Positions 34,377-47,700 of a stretch of 64,000 nucleotides of DNA are shown here, one piece after another. The stretch is from NCBI GenBank assembly GCA_013265495.1, contig MU063673.1, positions 7,213,694-7,277,693 of the forward strand. The letters are read 5' to 3'. The notes beneath the pieces are model-generated. The model was not told the DNA's origin. It did no database searches and was given only the letters and a program-made list of their open reading frames with translations. Source of the stretch: Vicugna vicugna (lineage: Eukaryota). Numbering within the stretch: position 1 is the stretch's first letter; each line of letters opens with the position of its first letter. The position numbers and the translations under genes were made by a program.

Positions 34377-35699
34377 CTCAAACCCTTGCTTTTGAGACCC
34401 TGAAAGATCTCACTCAACTGGGGGCTTTAGTTACACCACGTGTCCTCCTGTCTGTGAGAAACGTGATTTCTGAGGTGATTTTGTTTCTCGGTGTGGCTAA
34501 GAGTTGAGGACACAGCATAACTTCAGGTAAATCATTACTTGTGATTCAATTTAAACACTGGTATGAACATAATACTTGAAACATAATCAAACCAGTCAAT
34601 CTGTTTAGATAAGAATTTTGACCCTCTAGGTTAATTTTTTACTTCTATATTCCTTCGCTACCTCCCCTTTCTAATTCTCCTCTATTTCAGAAAGTCTAAA
34701 CTGCCTAAGAAAATTCTGGCTTCCTTCCAAGGAGGTATTTTATTAACAGGAGGAGAAGAGAACTGTATTCTGAGAGTCAATGAACTCCAAGAGTGATTTT
34801 TACTACTCCATTTCGTCTGGCTGATGAGGGAAACGGCTGTGCTGGACCCAGCGCCGGTTTCAGTGGACTGGACAATGAGAGGATACTGTTTTGACATTAC
34901 GGTTATTACTCTACCCTCTGAAATCTGTTTTTGTAAAGCACTTTATCAGCCACTTCACTGAATTTCTCCGCAAACCGTTACCTTCTCACCTAAGTCAGTA
35001 AGAAAGAAAGCATATGGTCCTTTAAGATTCTCAGCACAAATCATTTAAAAATAAGTTGAAAGTGTTTTTGAAGCTCATAGGAATGTGTTCTTTCACATTT
35101 TGGTTGTCACCGGAAAGAAACTGTCTTCAAAAAACCAGGTTCCTCTCCGCTTTGCGGGACTATGAAATACACTTTCGTACATGATAGTGATAAACGTGTT
35201 GAACTGTCTTCCTCTCGTTCAGTAACCAATGTGTATACCACCCAGGCTTCTTAACAATTCTCTTTCGGACTTTTTATCCCTTCGGCCATTAGTTAGCATC
35301 CATTCTAGGTAGAGGGTAAAGGGGCAAACATGGTGAATTTTGTGACTCCATGTAATTTCCAATTTGTTTGTCATTCTAGAAATAGTTTTGGGAGACAAAC
35401 GATGAAACTAACGCAAATTGTGGGGTTCAGGGTCTTTTGGTGTCAGTAATTGTCAGATCTCATCTGACTGTGTGATTTGTTAGGCTTTGCTGGACTACAC
35501 ACTCTTTGACGGAGAGGGAGGGAGGAAGGGAGGGAGGGAAAGAAGTCTCAGCAGAAGGACCTTTCTGGTCTTACGCTTCTCTAAGCCGGCAGGTCTGGTT
35601 TCCCGCTGGGGACACAGCCTTTTTGAGAAAAGCTGAGCAAATCTGGAAACTTCAGTGAACACTTCCGAGTCATCATGGCGGCAGCATCTCAGTCACTGC

Positions 35700-35870
35700 T
35701 CTACTGCTTTACGGCAGAGCTTGGCGGACGTTCACCGACCGCCGGGGCATCTTATCAAATGCAGATTCTGATCCAGCAGGTCTTGGCTGGGGCCTGAGAC
35801 ACTGTGTTTCTACCAAGCTCCCAGGGCCTGGCCTGTGTCTGACCCAGGGCTCACACCTGAAGAGTGAGGT
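35700..35870 (+). mobile_element. MER5A1 hAT-Charlie MITE
   Basis: AAATGCAGATTCTGATCCAGCAGGTCTTGGCTGGGGCCTGAGAC...TTTCTACCAAGCTCCCAGG. Confidence 0.8.
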
Positions 35871-36517
35871 TCTATAGGATACTAGTGCATGCTCTGGCTG
35901 CTAATAATTCAGCTAGTACTTTCAGTTTCCTCCATCAAGCCTTTGACACGTGGTAAAATTGACCGAGTCAAGCATCCCCTCCCTCATAGCGCAGTAAATG
36001 TCGTATCGGTGGCCTGAAAGGATGCATGTTCCTCTGTGAACACCCAACTTCCTCTTGAGGAAGGATTTAAGCCCCAGCAGAATTTGACTCATACTGTTCA
36101 AGAAGACCAACTCCAAACCAACAGTAATAGCAAGAAAGACGATGTTTCAGCAGACCCTCAGATGCCCAGGCAGGACGGCCTCTAATCCTCAAATTGGTAC
36201 CCATTATACATATTCTAAAAAGACAAGAATTAATGCACTTAGTTTATATCAGTACTTATCATGTAAATATTAATTGAGAATGTATTTATTTGTGTTCTGG
36301 GAGTCTCAGGATCACCTTTTACTTTCAAAATACATTTCGGTCCATAGAGCAGAAGAAGTTAAATTTTAGCCATTCAATTCTAAGAAATCACTGCAAACCA
36401 CGTACATCAGAGAGTGACTCACGTTTCACCCACTGTCCCCATGACTTTGCTCCCACTTCCCCTACAAATAATATTATTCTATGTATTTTAAGGAGATTTT
36501 ATTTAGCATATTTTCTT

Positions 36518-36605
36518 TTTTTTTTAATTTGTTTTTTTATTGAAGCATAGTCAGTTACAGTGTGTCTGTTTCTGGTGCACAGTACAATGTCCAGTCATGT
36601 ATATT
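36518..36605 (-). mobile_element. Short camelid-type L1 3' end with TSD
   Basis: TTGAAGCATAGTCAGTTACAGTGTGTC...TTCTGGTGCACAGTACAATGTCCAGTCATG; TSD GCA(T/C)ATTTTCTT at 36506-36517 and 36606-36617. Confidence 0.85.
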
Positions 36606-37599
36606 GCACATTTTCTTAATGGCATTTTGAATGTATCGGGTAGTGCACTCTGTCATTTTTACAGCAAAATAGAAAAGCTAAAGCAAGAGGCTTATGCATC
36701 TGATTTACCTGTCTAAAATTTAGCATAAGTTACCATTTCTTTTCTTGTGTTATATCACAGTAAGAAAACCAATCCTCTGGTTTAAATTATGAAGCAAACA
36801 CATCAGGGGCATCATAGACTTAGAGATGATCAGATAAATTGCACTGAAAATCAGTTCACTTCCACTTACATGCGTTAATGATGGACATAGTGGCACAGAC
36901 GATTTTCAAACCACTGCGTTGGTTTTATAATATTTCTGATTTTTCTGTACCACATTCCTTTTTATCTTCTTAACATGTACAAACTAGTATTGAAATAATT
37001 GGCTTTTGTTCCTGTAACCTACCCTAATCTAAGCAGGGAGAACATGAAGGCTTTACTTCATGTTTGACTAAGTAATTGTTGGCTATCTTGAGAGTTAATT
37101 ACGTGGCTGTGCAGTAACCTCGCAGGAATTGTCCCTTAGTAATGACTCAGTGTCAGTTCTGAAACGCTCAGGGGTCCCACCAGCACGGACAGCTTCCAGA
37201 AAAAAATGAGGAACAGGTCTTTGTTTCCATTTACATAGTCTACCTCAGCAAAATGCTGTGATTTTAGTTGATAAAGCACTTCACGTGTCCTCTTACAGGG
37301 CTATTTGTATTTCAGCAAAAGATTCCAGAAGACTGAAAAATTGTAAAGACTCGACTGTAGGGGTCTTCAGGCTAGAGACTATATGTCCTGAAATTTGACT
37401 TTAAATTATCTTTTCAAATAGACCATTTCCTAGGCAACAGTACAGATTCTCAAATGGTTCTACAGTCCCCAAAAGGCTAAGAACCACTGCTAATAAAGGA
37501 ATTTAAATCAGTAAAAAGAAAAAAAAAAGTGTCAGAATTGCTTTGAAGAAGTCGACTCCAATCTTGGATTTTGGAGTGAAGGCAAACTCTCCTTACTCC

Positions 37600-37838
37600 A
37601 AAGTGAATGGGTTCAAGTCTGCATTCTGTCAGTCACTCGCTGTGCCACCCCAGGCAAGTTACTTAACCTCTCTGAGCCACAGCTCCTTTCTCTATAAAGT
37701 GGGGCTAAAATCAGTGCCTACCTCACTGGGCCTTTGTGAAGACTGAGTGTAATGTCTGTAAAGAGCTTGGCACGTAGTTACCACACTGCATACTCTCAAG
37801 AAGTAGTAGCTGTTACTATAATTACTATGATTATTATT
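37600..37838 (+). mobile_element. MIR SINE
   Basis: CAGGCAAGTTACTTAACCTCTCTGAGCC...AAAGTGGGG. Confidence 0.85.
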
Positions 37839-38299
37839 TGTTTTATTAACATTATAAAATACACTCTGAAGGCAGAGGCTTTATCTACCAACTAATAAGG
37901 CAAAGTACTCTAATGCTTCTTGCAGTTGGCTAATAAAACAGAGACGTGGCTAATTAACAACAATTAAATCATCTTTGACCAAGTCAGAGCTAAGCAGAAT
38001 TTTTTCTCTAAAGTGATCTGACTTTATTCACTTTAACTCTAGGAGACCTAATCCAGTGACATGAAATAACTCTGAGTTTTAACGATCCACCAGCCTTCCA
38101 AAAATTTCCTAAATTATAGGATAACTATGATTTCTATGTTCAGGGGTTTCCAGACATCATGTGAAATAAGCCAGGATTTATATTCAGCTACACTGAAGAC
38201 AACATATTTGTGCTAAAGAACTGGTACCTTCTCAAATGGCCATGAACGGGACTTCTTAGCTGCTAAGTACATCTATAACACAGTTTGCCAGGCAACTAT

Positions 38300-38530
38300 T
38301 AACAATAATTTTAAGGAACACTGTTCAAAGACATGGAATAATGTTCATTATACATTAAGCAAAATAGGCCGTGCACAAAATTATGTGAAGCCTGATCCCA
38401 TTTTTGTACAAAGATGGCACAGAAAAATGCCTGGAAGAAAATACACCAACATTCAGTGGTGGGTGGTGAGATGATAGTGAATCTTTACAAAGAGTGTTCA
38501 TTACTTTTGTGATCAGAATAATAACAAAAG
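38300..38530 (+). mobile_element. L1ME 3' UTR fragment
   Basis: GACATGGAATAATGTTCATTATACATTAAG...CTGGAAGAAAATACACCAA. Confidence 0.65.
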
Positions 38531-38569
38531 GTATTACAACTAAATAGGTAAAAATTAAAAACTTGTCAG

Positions 38570-38735
38570 CAGTGTGATATCCCGGAAAGGATCCTAGATG
38601 CCACGGGCTTGGGTTCTAGTCTAGTCACACAGGCATATGAAAATGATGACCTCAGACAGATTACCTCCCCATTTTGGAGCCTTGAAATTGAGAGTTTGAA
38701 TAAATGTCTCTTTCCAGCCTGACATCCTAAAATTC
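38570..38735 (+). mobile_element. MIR3/MIRc fragment
   Basis: CTTGGGTTCTAGTCT...TTTCCAGCCTGACATCCTA. Confidence 0.55.
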
Positions 38736-40349
38736 TGGATGCGTGGCCACATGTTGCAGAAGAACTTTTTTGTTTTTCAGGCTAGCCCCCAAATGCTAAG
38801 CGGTGTCACAGAGGGACACTGGGATGGGGTCCTCTCATTTTCAACCTTTCCTGTACTGCTGACTTTTTAAATAATAAGGATGTCATTCCTTTGATAATTA
38901 AGAAAGATAAAGGAAAAAATTATTTGAAACAGGTAAGGGGCTCAGCATAAATATGGGCTTGCAAACAAACTGAACAATTTGGTACATACTGTACCTTTAA
39001 AATGGGTTAACATTTTATTTGACCTAAACAAATCTGTCCCAAAAAAAAAAAATCACACAGTTGATAGCCACAGTCCTAGAATAAATGACTCAAGTCAAAC
39101 AGAACAGACTCTTGTTATGAGAAGGAGATGGTTTTCTTAAGAAACGTCTCAGATGTGAAGTCCTTTGTAATAAACAGAACTATCACTGGTGGCATCTCGG
39201 CAGCAAGGTATCACTAAGATCACACCCTGGTCCAAACTATTAAATGTCAGGGAAATATCTCTGTGATTAAAATTGTTTTACAGTAATAAGCAGCAAGGAA
39301 ATCAGATTACTTGAAGCCTCAAAATCCAAACAGAACCAGACATGTTTTAAACAGCTACCTTTGGCCTCGTGTCTAAAACAAACGACTACCTCCCACTTTC
39401 CACGAGCCCTGCGAAATAGAGAGGGGAGAAAGCTCTTCTCTCCTCCTGCCCAGATTCTTCCCCTGGAACTAGTGGGCTCTTCAGCTGCCAATGAGCAGTT
39501 TCCTCGAGGTGCTTTTGAAAGGGCATTGAAAGGCAGCAGCGGTGACCCAGAAGCCTGGGAAAAATACCCAGTTTCTCAGACTACCAGCCCCACCCCCTTC
39601 TGGGCAAGGCACCCAGCTGAGTGGAGCTGGTACCCAAAGCCCATCTGGTCTATGCATGAGCAGGAACAATTTCCCGCCCACGCTGTGTAACCTCCCTCCC
39701 ATCACGGCTGTAGGACTGTAGAATTACACAACCTGGCTGCTTGCTCTCCTGGCCAGAGCAGGGGCCCAACCACATTATCTACTGGGGCCCAGCTATTGAC
39801 AAAGAGATTGCTTTGGCCTCATTAGTAAGAACACGGCGCTGTTTCTGTAGCAAGGGCCGGTTAAGAGGGCAGGAAGAAGTATCTGAAACCTTAACAGAAT
39901 GTTAAACGGATTAAGATTTCTGCATAACCTTGTTAGTAGAAAACATGTTTGAGGGAGGTGGGAAACGGCTCTCTCTTCACACCGTCTCATTTTAAAATTT
40001 GATAATAATCTTTAAAGACTCTGCTGATAGAATCTTTTAAAAGGCACAGGTAATTATGTGCCTGCTACATGAAGCGAGTTGAAAAATAAACGATGCTGCT
40101 TGGACAATTTTCACTGATTAGAAATTGCTTCAGGAATATACTTGATTTGGGCCTAGAGTCTCGTTGTGGGCAAATTACTTCCCAAGAATTAGACAGACTC
40201 AGCAAGCACTGCCAACTATTACCTCAAGAAATGGGTTTGCATTAACTTGGTAAATATGATGCCTCTTGACACAAATGCACAGATAAATCTAGGTCATTAA
40301 ATTCTGGACCAAATGATCAATGGTGATGACATAGTCATTTCTTAAATCT

Positions 40350-41970
40350 CAGCTTAATATTTTAATCTAGCTAATAATCTTGTTACTTCAGCTTTAATTC
40401 ATGTTTACCTGATGTATCTATTTCCATCCCATCACACTCCAGTTTTCTGAGCCACTGTGTTTTAGGTATGATGTTTGCAAAGGGTCTAGCGCTGAAGCTC
40501 ATATTTTGATCCAATCTGGCAATCTTTGTCTTCAAACTGGAGAGTTCAGTTCATTTACCTTTATTGTGGTGAAGTATATATCTGGATCTATTTCAACTGC
40601 CTTAAGTTTTTGTTGTTGCTCTTTTCTATTGGCCACACTTCTCCCTCGGTTTTTCTTCCCTTCTCTCCCTGCTATCTACTGAATTGATTGATTGAATTTT
40701 CTTTTATTCCCCTCCCTCCACAAAGTTAAGTTCCAATAACTTTGGAAGTTATTCTGCTTCTACGGAAGTCATTCCCAAATTTACATACTTACCAAAATCT
40801 AAAGAAAACCATTACCCCTATGCTTCTCTAGACTAACACAAAGACTGTGGAAGACTATTATTTCATTTCCCCCTCACCCTCTGCTATTACAGTGCAGTGG
40901 TAAACGTCGATATTATTTTTTACAAACACTCATCAAAAAGTGTTAACAATTACTGTTGTTGTTGTTTTACCAACAGTGCTTCTCTAGAGTTCCCGCTGTG
41001 TTTGCCAGTTTCTTTGCTCACCATTTTCCCCTGCAGCCTACAGCTTTTCTTGCTTCAATTCTCTTCTCATTCAAGTATATCTTTTAGTAGTTCTTTCAGC
41101 AAGGTTATTTAGCCCAGTCTTATTTATCTGATTAGGTCTTTAATTTACCCTCAGTTTTGAGATCTCCCTTAGCCAGTATAGAATTTGGGGTTGTTGATCT
41201 TGCTTAGCATTTTGGAAATCACATTCTGCTGGTATCTAGCATCTACTGTAGCTGAGGGGAACTCGGCTGGCTGCTTGATGGTGATTACTTTGCAAGTGGT
41301 TATCCCAACTCCTTTTACATTTGATTGGCTGCATTCTCATCAGAATGGATCTCAGTGTGGATTTGTTTTTATTTGTTCTGTCCAGGACTTAAGAGTTTTT
41401 CTTTAATCTGAACTTCCATGTCCTCGCTGTATGTTGAGTGACCACATCAGCGCTGTCTTCAAATTCAGTCATTTTTTCCCTCATCTATGTCTAGTCTGTT
41501 CTTTCACTAATATGAAAAATGCCTTTTGGTTTTTATTTTTGTCAAATTTATACTTACACATAGTTTTAAGTATCAAATAGTTTTATAAGATTGGTTATGA
41601 GAAACTCCTCTCCCGACGCCTCTTCCGTACAGATAAGTCTTCTACGCTCTTTCATTTATTTATGGAAAAGAAGGTTTTACCTCCACGTTCATGAGAACAC
41701 GACAGTGTCAATGTGACATTTCAATTTCAGGCATGCGGATGAAAGTCAGGTCATCTGTCTCTGTGTCCTTGCACACCGTTCTGACTTAGTTTGTTAGTGG
41801 GTTCCTTCTGTTCATTTTTCCTGTCTTCTCTTCCTGATATTTCTCTTGTTAAGATGTCGGAATGACTAAATTGCTCCTTTCATTATCTTGGGTTTTTTCT
41901 TTTTCTATTTACAATCACCATCTTTTTCTTCTCCTTTCCAAGAGATTTTCTCAACTTTATCTTTTACTTT
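40350..41970 (-). mobile_element. Old L1M remnants (antisense)
   Basis: T-rich; TTTTGATCCAATCTGGCAATCTTTGTC, TTTAATTTACCCTCAGTTTTG, GTATAGAATTTGGGGTTG. Confidence 0.7.
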
Positions 41971-42199
41971 AGAGATGGATATGGTTGGGCATAATTCAGG
42001 GTGCCCCTGATTAAATATCTTTAGATCTTCTTGAGCTGCTCAGATTTCCCAGAAAAAAAAAAAAAGACTCTTCTCAAACTACTACTTACAGAATGAAGGT
42101 CTGGGTGCTAGGCTTCTGGAAACCCAGTGTGGCAGGAGGTCTGGGAGTCATGTGTCTGGAATGTACACATTTACCTGATTCACACACACACAGACACCC

Positions 42200-42435
42200 G
42201 GGACTTTGCCAGTCTGACTTCTACTAATTCTTCAAAATAGGTCAAGCAGCACCTCCTCTGGGAAGTTCTCCGTGATCTCCCCAGTAGACACCCAGACTGA
42301 ACCATCTCATAGAATCCAGCTTCTGTAATTGCCTAGTTAGACGTCTGTGCTCCTTCAGAACCAGCTTTCTCCACTGTGGATGTATGGGCTCTTGGCACAA
42401 TTACTAGCATATAATAAGCTCAGTAGATTGATGAG
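42200..42435 (+). mobile_element. L2 3' fragment
   Basis: CACCTCCTCTGGGAAGTTCTCCGTGATCTCCCCAG. Confidence 0.6.
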
Positions 42436-43299
42436 CTATTAAGTAATTCCAGAGGCACCCCAGTTAAAGGAGATGCTTATACATGGAGGAGTCACACAGG
42501 ACTTGGGGAAACACTTCAAGTCAACTCGACTGTCACAGGCCTTTGGCATCAACATGAGTCCTACCCCTAATTGCAACTCCCCAACAAAACAGGGCACCCC
42601 AGATAAGCTTTTCCCCTCAGCTGTCTGGTATTCCTTACCATATTTGTATATCAGGGAAAGCATTCAACCTACTTCTTAGGAGCACCATGAAATAGCTCTG
42701 AAAATAATCAGTGTTGCTTTCAAATATGAAAGTTTCAGAGACGTGCAAAAATCAAACTGCATTGTTACTTAGGAAAAGAGAGGTATAACGAAACCAGGCA
42801 AGAAAAAGCTACTGGATATAAGAATACATTTTGTTAACTTTTTTAGAGGAAAGTGTTGAAGAGCAACAAACTATGAACAGGTGTCTGTGCTGGTAAAGAC
42901 TGAGGTATGAGTAACAAATAGGGAACAGGCTGGGTAACTAACTTGTATAACTGCCTTATCTGTGTTTCTGAAGAATCTTTTAGAATCTGCAGAAATCTTC
43001 CAGTGAACAAAGGGAAATAACCAAACGATCCGATGAAGACTTCAAATGAATGAAGTCAATGTTTACACAGTCGTCGAATTTTAAAGTCAGAGTACCAGTC
43101 CATCCTCTCCCTCAAGATGTGGGTGCTGTGACTGTTCCTATAAGGGCCATTTGGGCCCTAAGAAACATTCCCAAGCTGATGCCCTGGCATCATTCCTGGA
43201 CCCCATAACTGACAGGTAGGTTTTAAGACTCTTGAGTCAGTGTGACTCACATTAACTTTATCCACTGCTCCTAGTTTTGATTCTCACAGAAATCTACAC

Positions 43300-43730
43300 A
43301 CCAGACACAAACTAGATGCGCTACAAATACTATCTCCTTTGACTCTTCAAAACAACCCTACGAGACAAGGATTGTGTCTATTTCAAAGATGAGGGAACTG
43401 AGCCTCAAAGAAGTTGCCTTTGTTACTAGGGACTCAGCCAATAAACAGAGAGGCAAGGTCATGCAGCATTTATGAGCATGGACTCCACAGGACTGCGCTG
43501 GGTCAGAATCCTAGTTCTAACGTTTACTAGCTATGTGACCTTAGGAAAGTTGCTCAACCTCTCTGAACTTATTGTATAAGATTTTTTTGTTATGAGGATT
43601 AAACATGTTAATATGTGTAAATCCTGGTACTTAGCACCACAGAAGTATTTGTTAGATGTATAAAAGGATAGCAGAATTATGAATCAAATCCAGGTTTATC
43701 TGGTTCCAAGGATACACTCTCAAACAAGAC
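43300..43730. mobile_element. Nested MIRs (antisense MIR interrupted by a sense MIR at about 43465-43660)
   Basis: AAGATGAGGGAACTGAG (minus core) and TACTAGCTATGTGACCTTAGGAAAGTTGCTCAACCTCTCTGA (plus core). Confidence 0.75.
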
Positions 43731-44047
43731 TCTTCAGTGTTAATTGTTAATGTTAACGTGTTAATCTCTCAAGAGTTGGAAGGCAGCTACTCCATCCCTG
43801 AAGTTTTTTCTCTTCTCCATAAGCTCTTTTTTCCTCAATGGCCCTTAATGTTACCAGAATGGTTCCCAGAATTCTTTCCATCCTTTGGGCTTTTGACCTA
43901 ACTGAAAGCGCGGGACCCCAAATCACTTCTATACTTCAGAAAATTACCATAACCTTCCTAGATTTGAGCAAGGTTATTCTTCTAATGCAGCAGTTTCTCT
44001 GCATCTCCTGGGATCTTGCTCAAGACATAGTTTCCAGCTTCAATCTA

Positions 44048-44146
44048 GACTAACTAAATCAGAAACTCTAGGGATGGGGCCCAGGAACCTGTATTTTAAC
44101 AAGCTCTCCAGGTGATTATGCTGCGGCTGAAATTTGAGTACCATTG
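44048..44146 (+). mobile_element. MER5B-like MITE, 3' half
   Basis: TAAATCAGAAACTCTAGGGATGGGGCCCAGGAACCTGTATTTTAACAAGCTCTCCAGGTGATT. Confidence 0.75.
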
Positions 44147-44884
44147 CTGTTCTGGAATTCATGGCCCCAGTAGAGGCTGAGGTACTGCACTGCTTACCAG
44201 TTCATGCTAAATCGATGATTAATGGTCTCCTAGAATCCGGGCCTCCAACATGTATCTAGTGCCATGTTGTGGTTTTAAATCCTCCTTCAGGCCATCTTGA
44301 TTTGGGCCCGCTACTCCAGCCCCTCAAGGCCTCTCTAAATCCACACTCTGCTGTTGGGCATGTTGGCTCTGCCCGCCAGCTCTGTGACCTCTGAACGTTT
44401 GATAAGCATGTCATTCGTGTCTCCATGGTGTCACCCACAACATCCACACAGAGCCGGGGCAGAAGGCCAGAGGTCCTTGGCAGGTCATCCTCCTCCAGCC
44501 TGATGTTAATCCATGAAAACACCCCATGTATATGGCTGCTCAACTCGTGAAATTTCCTAACTATTAGCAGCCTGCGTATCTTTACCTTGTCCAAAGGAAA
44601 CCATGAGACTAGCTTTGCTTTAAAACCATGAATTGTAAAGGTTTAAAAAATTCCTTCTGAGCAGAGAAGCTTCGGATATTCTTCTTAAATTTACCTTTTT
44701 CCTACTCTTCCTTTTCCCTCAGCCAAGACAAAGTGGCTTGGAAGCAGGTCTACCCCAAAACTTTCATATTAAATTCATCACTCTGCTTACACCAGTTTTC
44801 TTTGAACTTTACACTAATAATGTCTTTTCCCGGTGTTCCTACTCTTCCCTATAGTCCTCCATGGCAGGCTTTTTTTTTTTTTAA

Positions 44885-45030
44885 TAAATATTTTTACAGA
44901 ATTGGAAATTGAAACTCAGAGAAGTTCAGCAACCTTTCCTAACATCATATCAGCTGGTCCAGTGGAGATGCCCGTATTTATATGCAGATCTGTCCAGGCT
45001 CATGCCTTACCTGCTCTGTGATATTAATGC
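44885..45030 (-). mobile_element. MIR fragment
   Basis: TTTTACAGAATTGGAAATTGAAACTCAGAGAAGTT. Confidence 0.65.
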
Positions 45031-46860
45031 CACTATGGCTGTATAGGCAGGATAATTAAAGAAAATGTTTAGATGATTTTTGAGACCATCTTAAGCCACT
45101 GCTGACACCAGAGAATACTCAGTTCCGTTACTGATGATCCAAACAACACATATCACAGCTGCTAGAAAGGTAACGTCCTAAAACATCTATGGGGATTCAG
45201 CACTTGGCTCCCTTCTACAAGAATCCTCTAAGGTATGAAGACCCATCTGGCCACTGTTCATCTCGTCCTGAAGGCTACCAGCCCTTACAAAGGGAAGACA
45301 GCTGTGCAGGGGGCTAGAATATGGAGCCAACACTTGTCTCCTCCTGCTCTCTCTGCCAGGCTTCAAAAAGTCAAGTCCTGGACTTGTCAAAGCAAGTGAT
45401 TCATCTCTCTGCGGGAAGAACGCCAAAACCAACTGTACAGATTTCTTTCTCCACCTTATTAATTCTTGAGTACCTTATAGTCACTTAATGTAATGTAAGC
45501 AATTAGGAACTTCCAGATTGGGTAGACAGTTGAGTAATAATGGAAGGAAACACTACGCAGGTCTTCCCATAGGCAGATTTCAAGGGAGCCCGATCAAACT
45601 GACTGAGGAAGACTCAGCTTCACTTGATGAAATAAGAAACACAGGCTCTGTTGATCTTCCAACTTCAGTTTTGCACTGCTGTGCCTTCTGTGCCAAATTT
45701 GCTATCTTCCTAGCTTGGTAGACCCAGCAGAAGCTTAGCTGTGATCTCCCATCTGCCTTATCTTCTCATATAGAATCAACTTCCTTCCTGTTCTCCATGT
45801 CAAGGGGCTGGCCAAAGCTTCCTGAGAGGCTGAGTATTGTAACTGAGAAATAAATACACCACGGAGTCCAAATGATACATTACACAAATCAGTACAATTC
45901 TACCATCTTAAAACATAATAGGGAATATCGTCTTCAATTTTATTTTGAGAACCTAGCATGTTCTTGAAAGAGCTTCACTTGTTTTGATAGTTCGATTTTT
46001 AAAGTACCATTAATTACGTATTTATACATCTGAGTCTCAGGACTCGGAAAACCAAAGAGACAATAAAGTTCCCTGTGTACTTTGTTTTGTGTGATATCAC
46101 ACTGAACGTGCCAATCTGGAAACACTCTTACATAGTCTCCTGACTCACAAATGATTTTTCTGATTTACTATCGAATAGAAAACGAGAGGGTCTTCAGAAC
46201 AAGTATAGCATCCCTTTAAAAGCACAAAACTGAAGCCAAAGGCAACATAATGGGACAATGTCTTGAGGATTTAATCTTCCTTAGGTATGGACACAGGATA
46301 AGAAAACACATGGCATTCAGGCCATCACTCCTACTTGTTATTCCACAGCAGGCATTACTAATCTATCACAACATTCTACTGCCAAGCTCAAACACATCAG
46401 CCACCAAAGCCTACTTCAGCTGGCACAGAACAATCTGACTTCCAGGCTTGGTGCTAGATCTACTAGAATTTGTAGAATTAATGGCTACTGTTATGATTCA
46501 GATTTCTCATGTGGAAAAGAAAAAGATACAGTAATTCAAATACACAATACTTCCAGCAAGGATTCTGTCTTTAATACCTCATTAAAACAAACAAATAAAC
46601 AAACAAACAAACAAACTCTGTTTTCGTGGAACCAAAGACTGCTCTGCTGCAGACCACGCCACTATGTATAACTGGCTGTGGGACTGGAGGAACAGGGAAG
46701 GGTTTAAGCCTCAGGCACTTACAGATGGGCACAGCACAGATTTGATGGTGTGGATTTGTATCAATGCATTGGTGCATGTTGAAACATTTATTTTTCTTAC
46801 TAATTTGAAAAGTGTATATATGAAATTTGCCCAAAATGCTATAGAGAAGAATGACTTAAC

Positions 46861-46972
46861 ACAATGAACTGTACTTTTTAATTGAAAGAACATACTTAAC
46901 ATCTATGATAAATCACAATGAACTGTACTTTTTAATTGAAAGAACATACTTAACATCTACGATAAATCACAA
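46861..46972 (+). repeat. 54-bp tandem duplication (2 copies, 1 mismatch)
   Basis: ACAATGAACTGTACTTTTTAATTGAAAGAACATACTTAACATCTA(T/C)GATAAATC at 46861-46914 and 46915-46968. Confidence 0.95.
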
Positions 46973-47539
46973 AGGAAAACCACTACATTAGTATGTGGCT
47001 TTCTACAGCTAATGTTCTAAAAACAAAATGTTCTATTTGGCATGGACCTCAAGATTTGTAATGTTCTCATTAGTCTTGAGGGCAACAGTGCTACTTTATG
47101 CATTTGTAACCATCATGCAATAAGAAGTGAGAGCCTGAAACAGTGGATTTTTTTCAAGTAAGCAAAAAATTGCTAAAAATACATTTTGACAAATATGAAT
47201 AACTACAAAGTTGATATTATTCAAATTAATATTTTATTTCTTTAAGTAAAAACACAATTTATGGAAAAAAGCAAGCCACAATACTGAATCGCAATTTATT
47301 CCATTTAGAAATAAATAAATGAAAGGAATTGTAAAGTGCGACCATTTATAATGTTTCCAATATCCTTTCTCATTTTGGTTTCAAATGATATATATTTAAT
47401 ATATTCAGTATATGTTCAAAATATATATGTTCATATACACTCAAATAATATAATTTGAACATATATACATAAGTATGTATTCTCAAAGAGTTGTACACTA
47501 GCAAGGAATTTTGGGAACAAAGAAACAGGATAGTTGTTT

Positions 47540-47700
47540 TTTTATTTTAATTTTTTGGTTGGTTAGTTGTTTTTTCTGTTTGCTTTGGTTTTTTTAAAGA
47601 GGGGAATCCCCCAATTTTTTTAAGTGAAGGTACTGGGGATTGAACCCAGGACCTCAAGCATGCTAAGCACGCGTTCTCCCACTGAGCTGTACCTGCCCCA
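47540..47700 (-). mobile_element. Vic-1 type SINE
   Basis: GGTACTGGGGATTGAACCCAGGACCTCAAGCATGCTAAGCACGCGTTCTCCCACTGAGCTGTACC with a T-rich tail on the left. Confidence 0.9.

Noticed and set aside
39338-39347. p53 half-site AGACATGTTT (similar single half-sites elsewhere)
   Set aside because: No adjacent second half-site; expected by chance
39454-39508. Plus-strand segment after a strong acceptor (ILPLELVGSSAANEQFPR)
   Set aside because: The donor GAG|GTGCTT is poor and nothing else supports it
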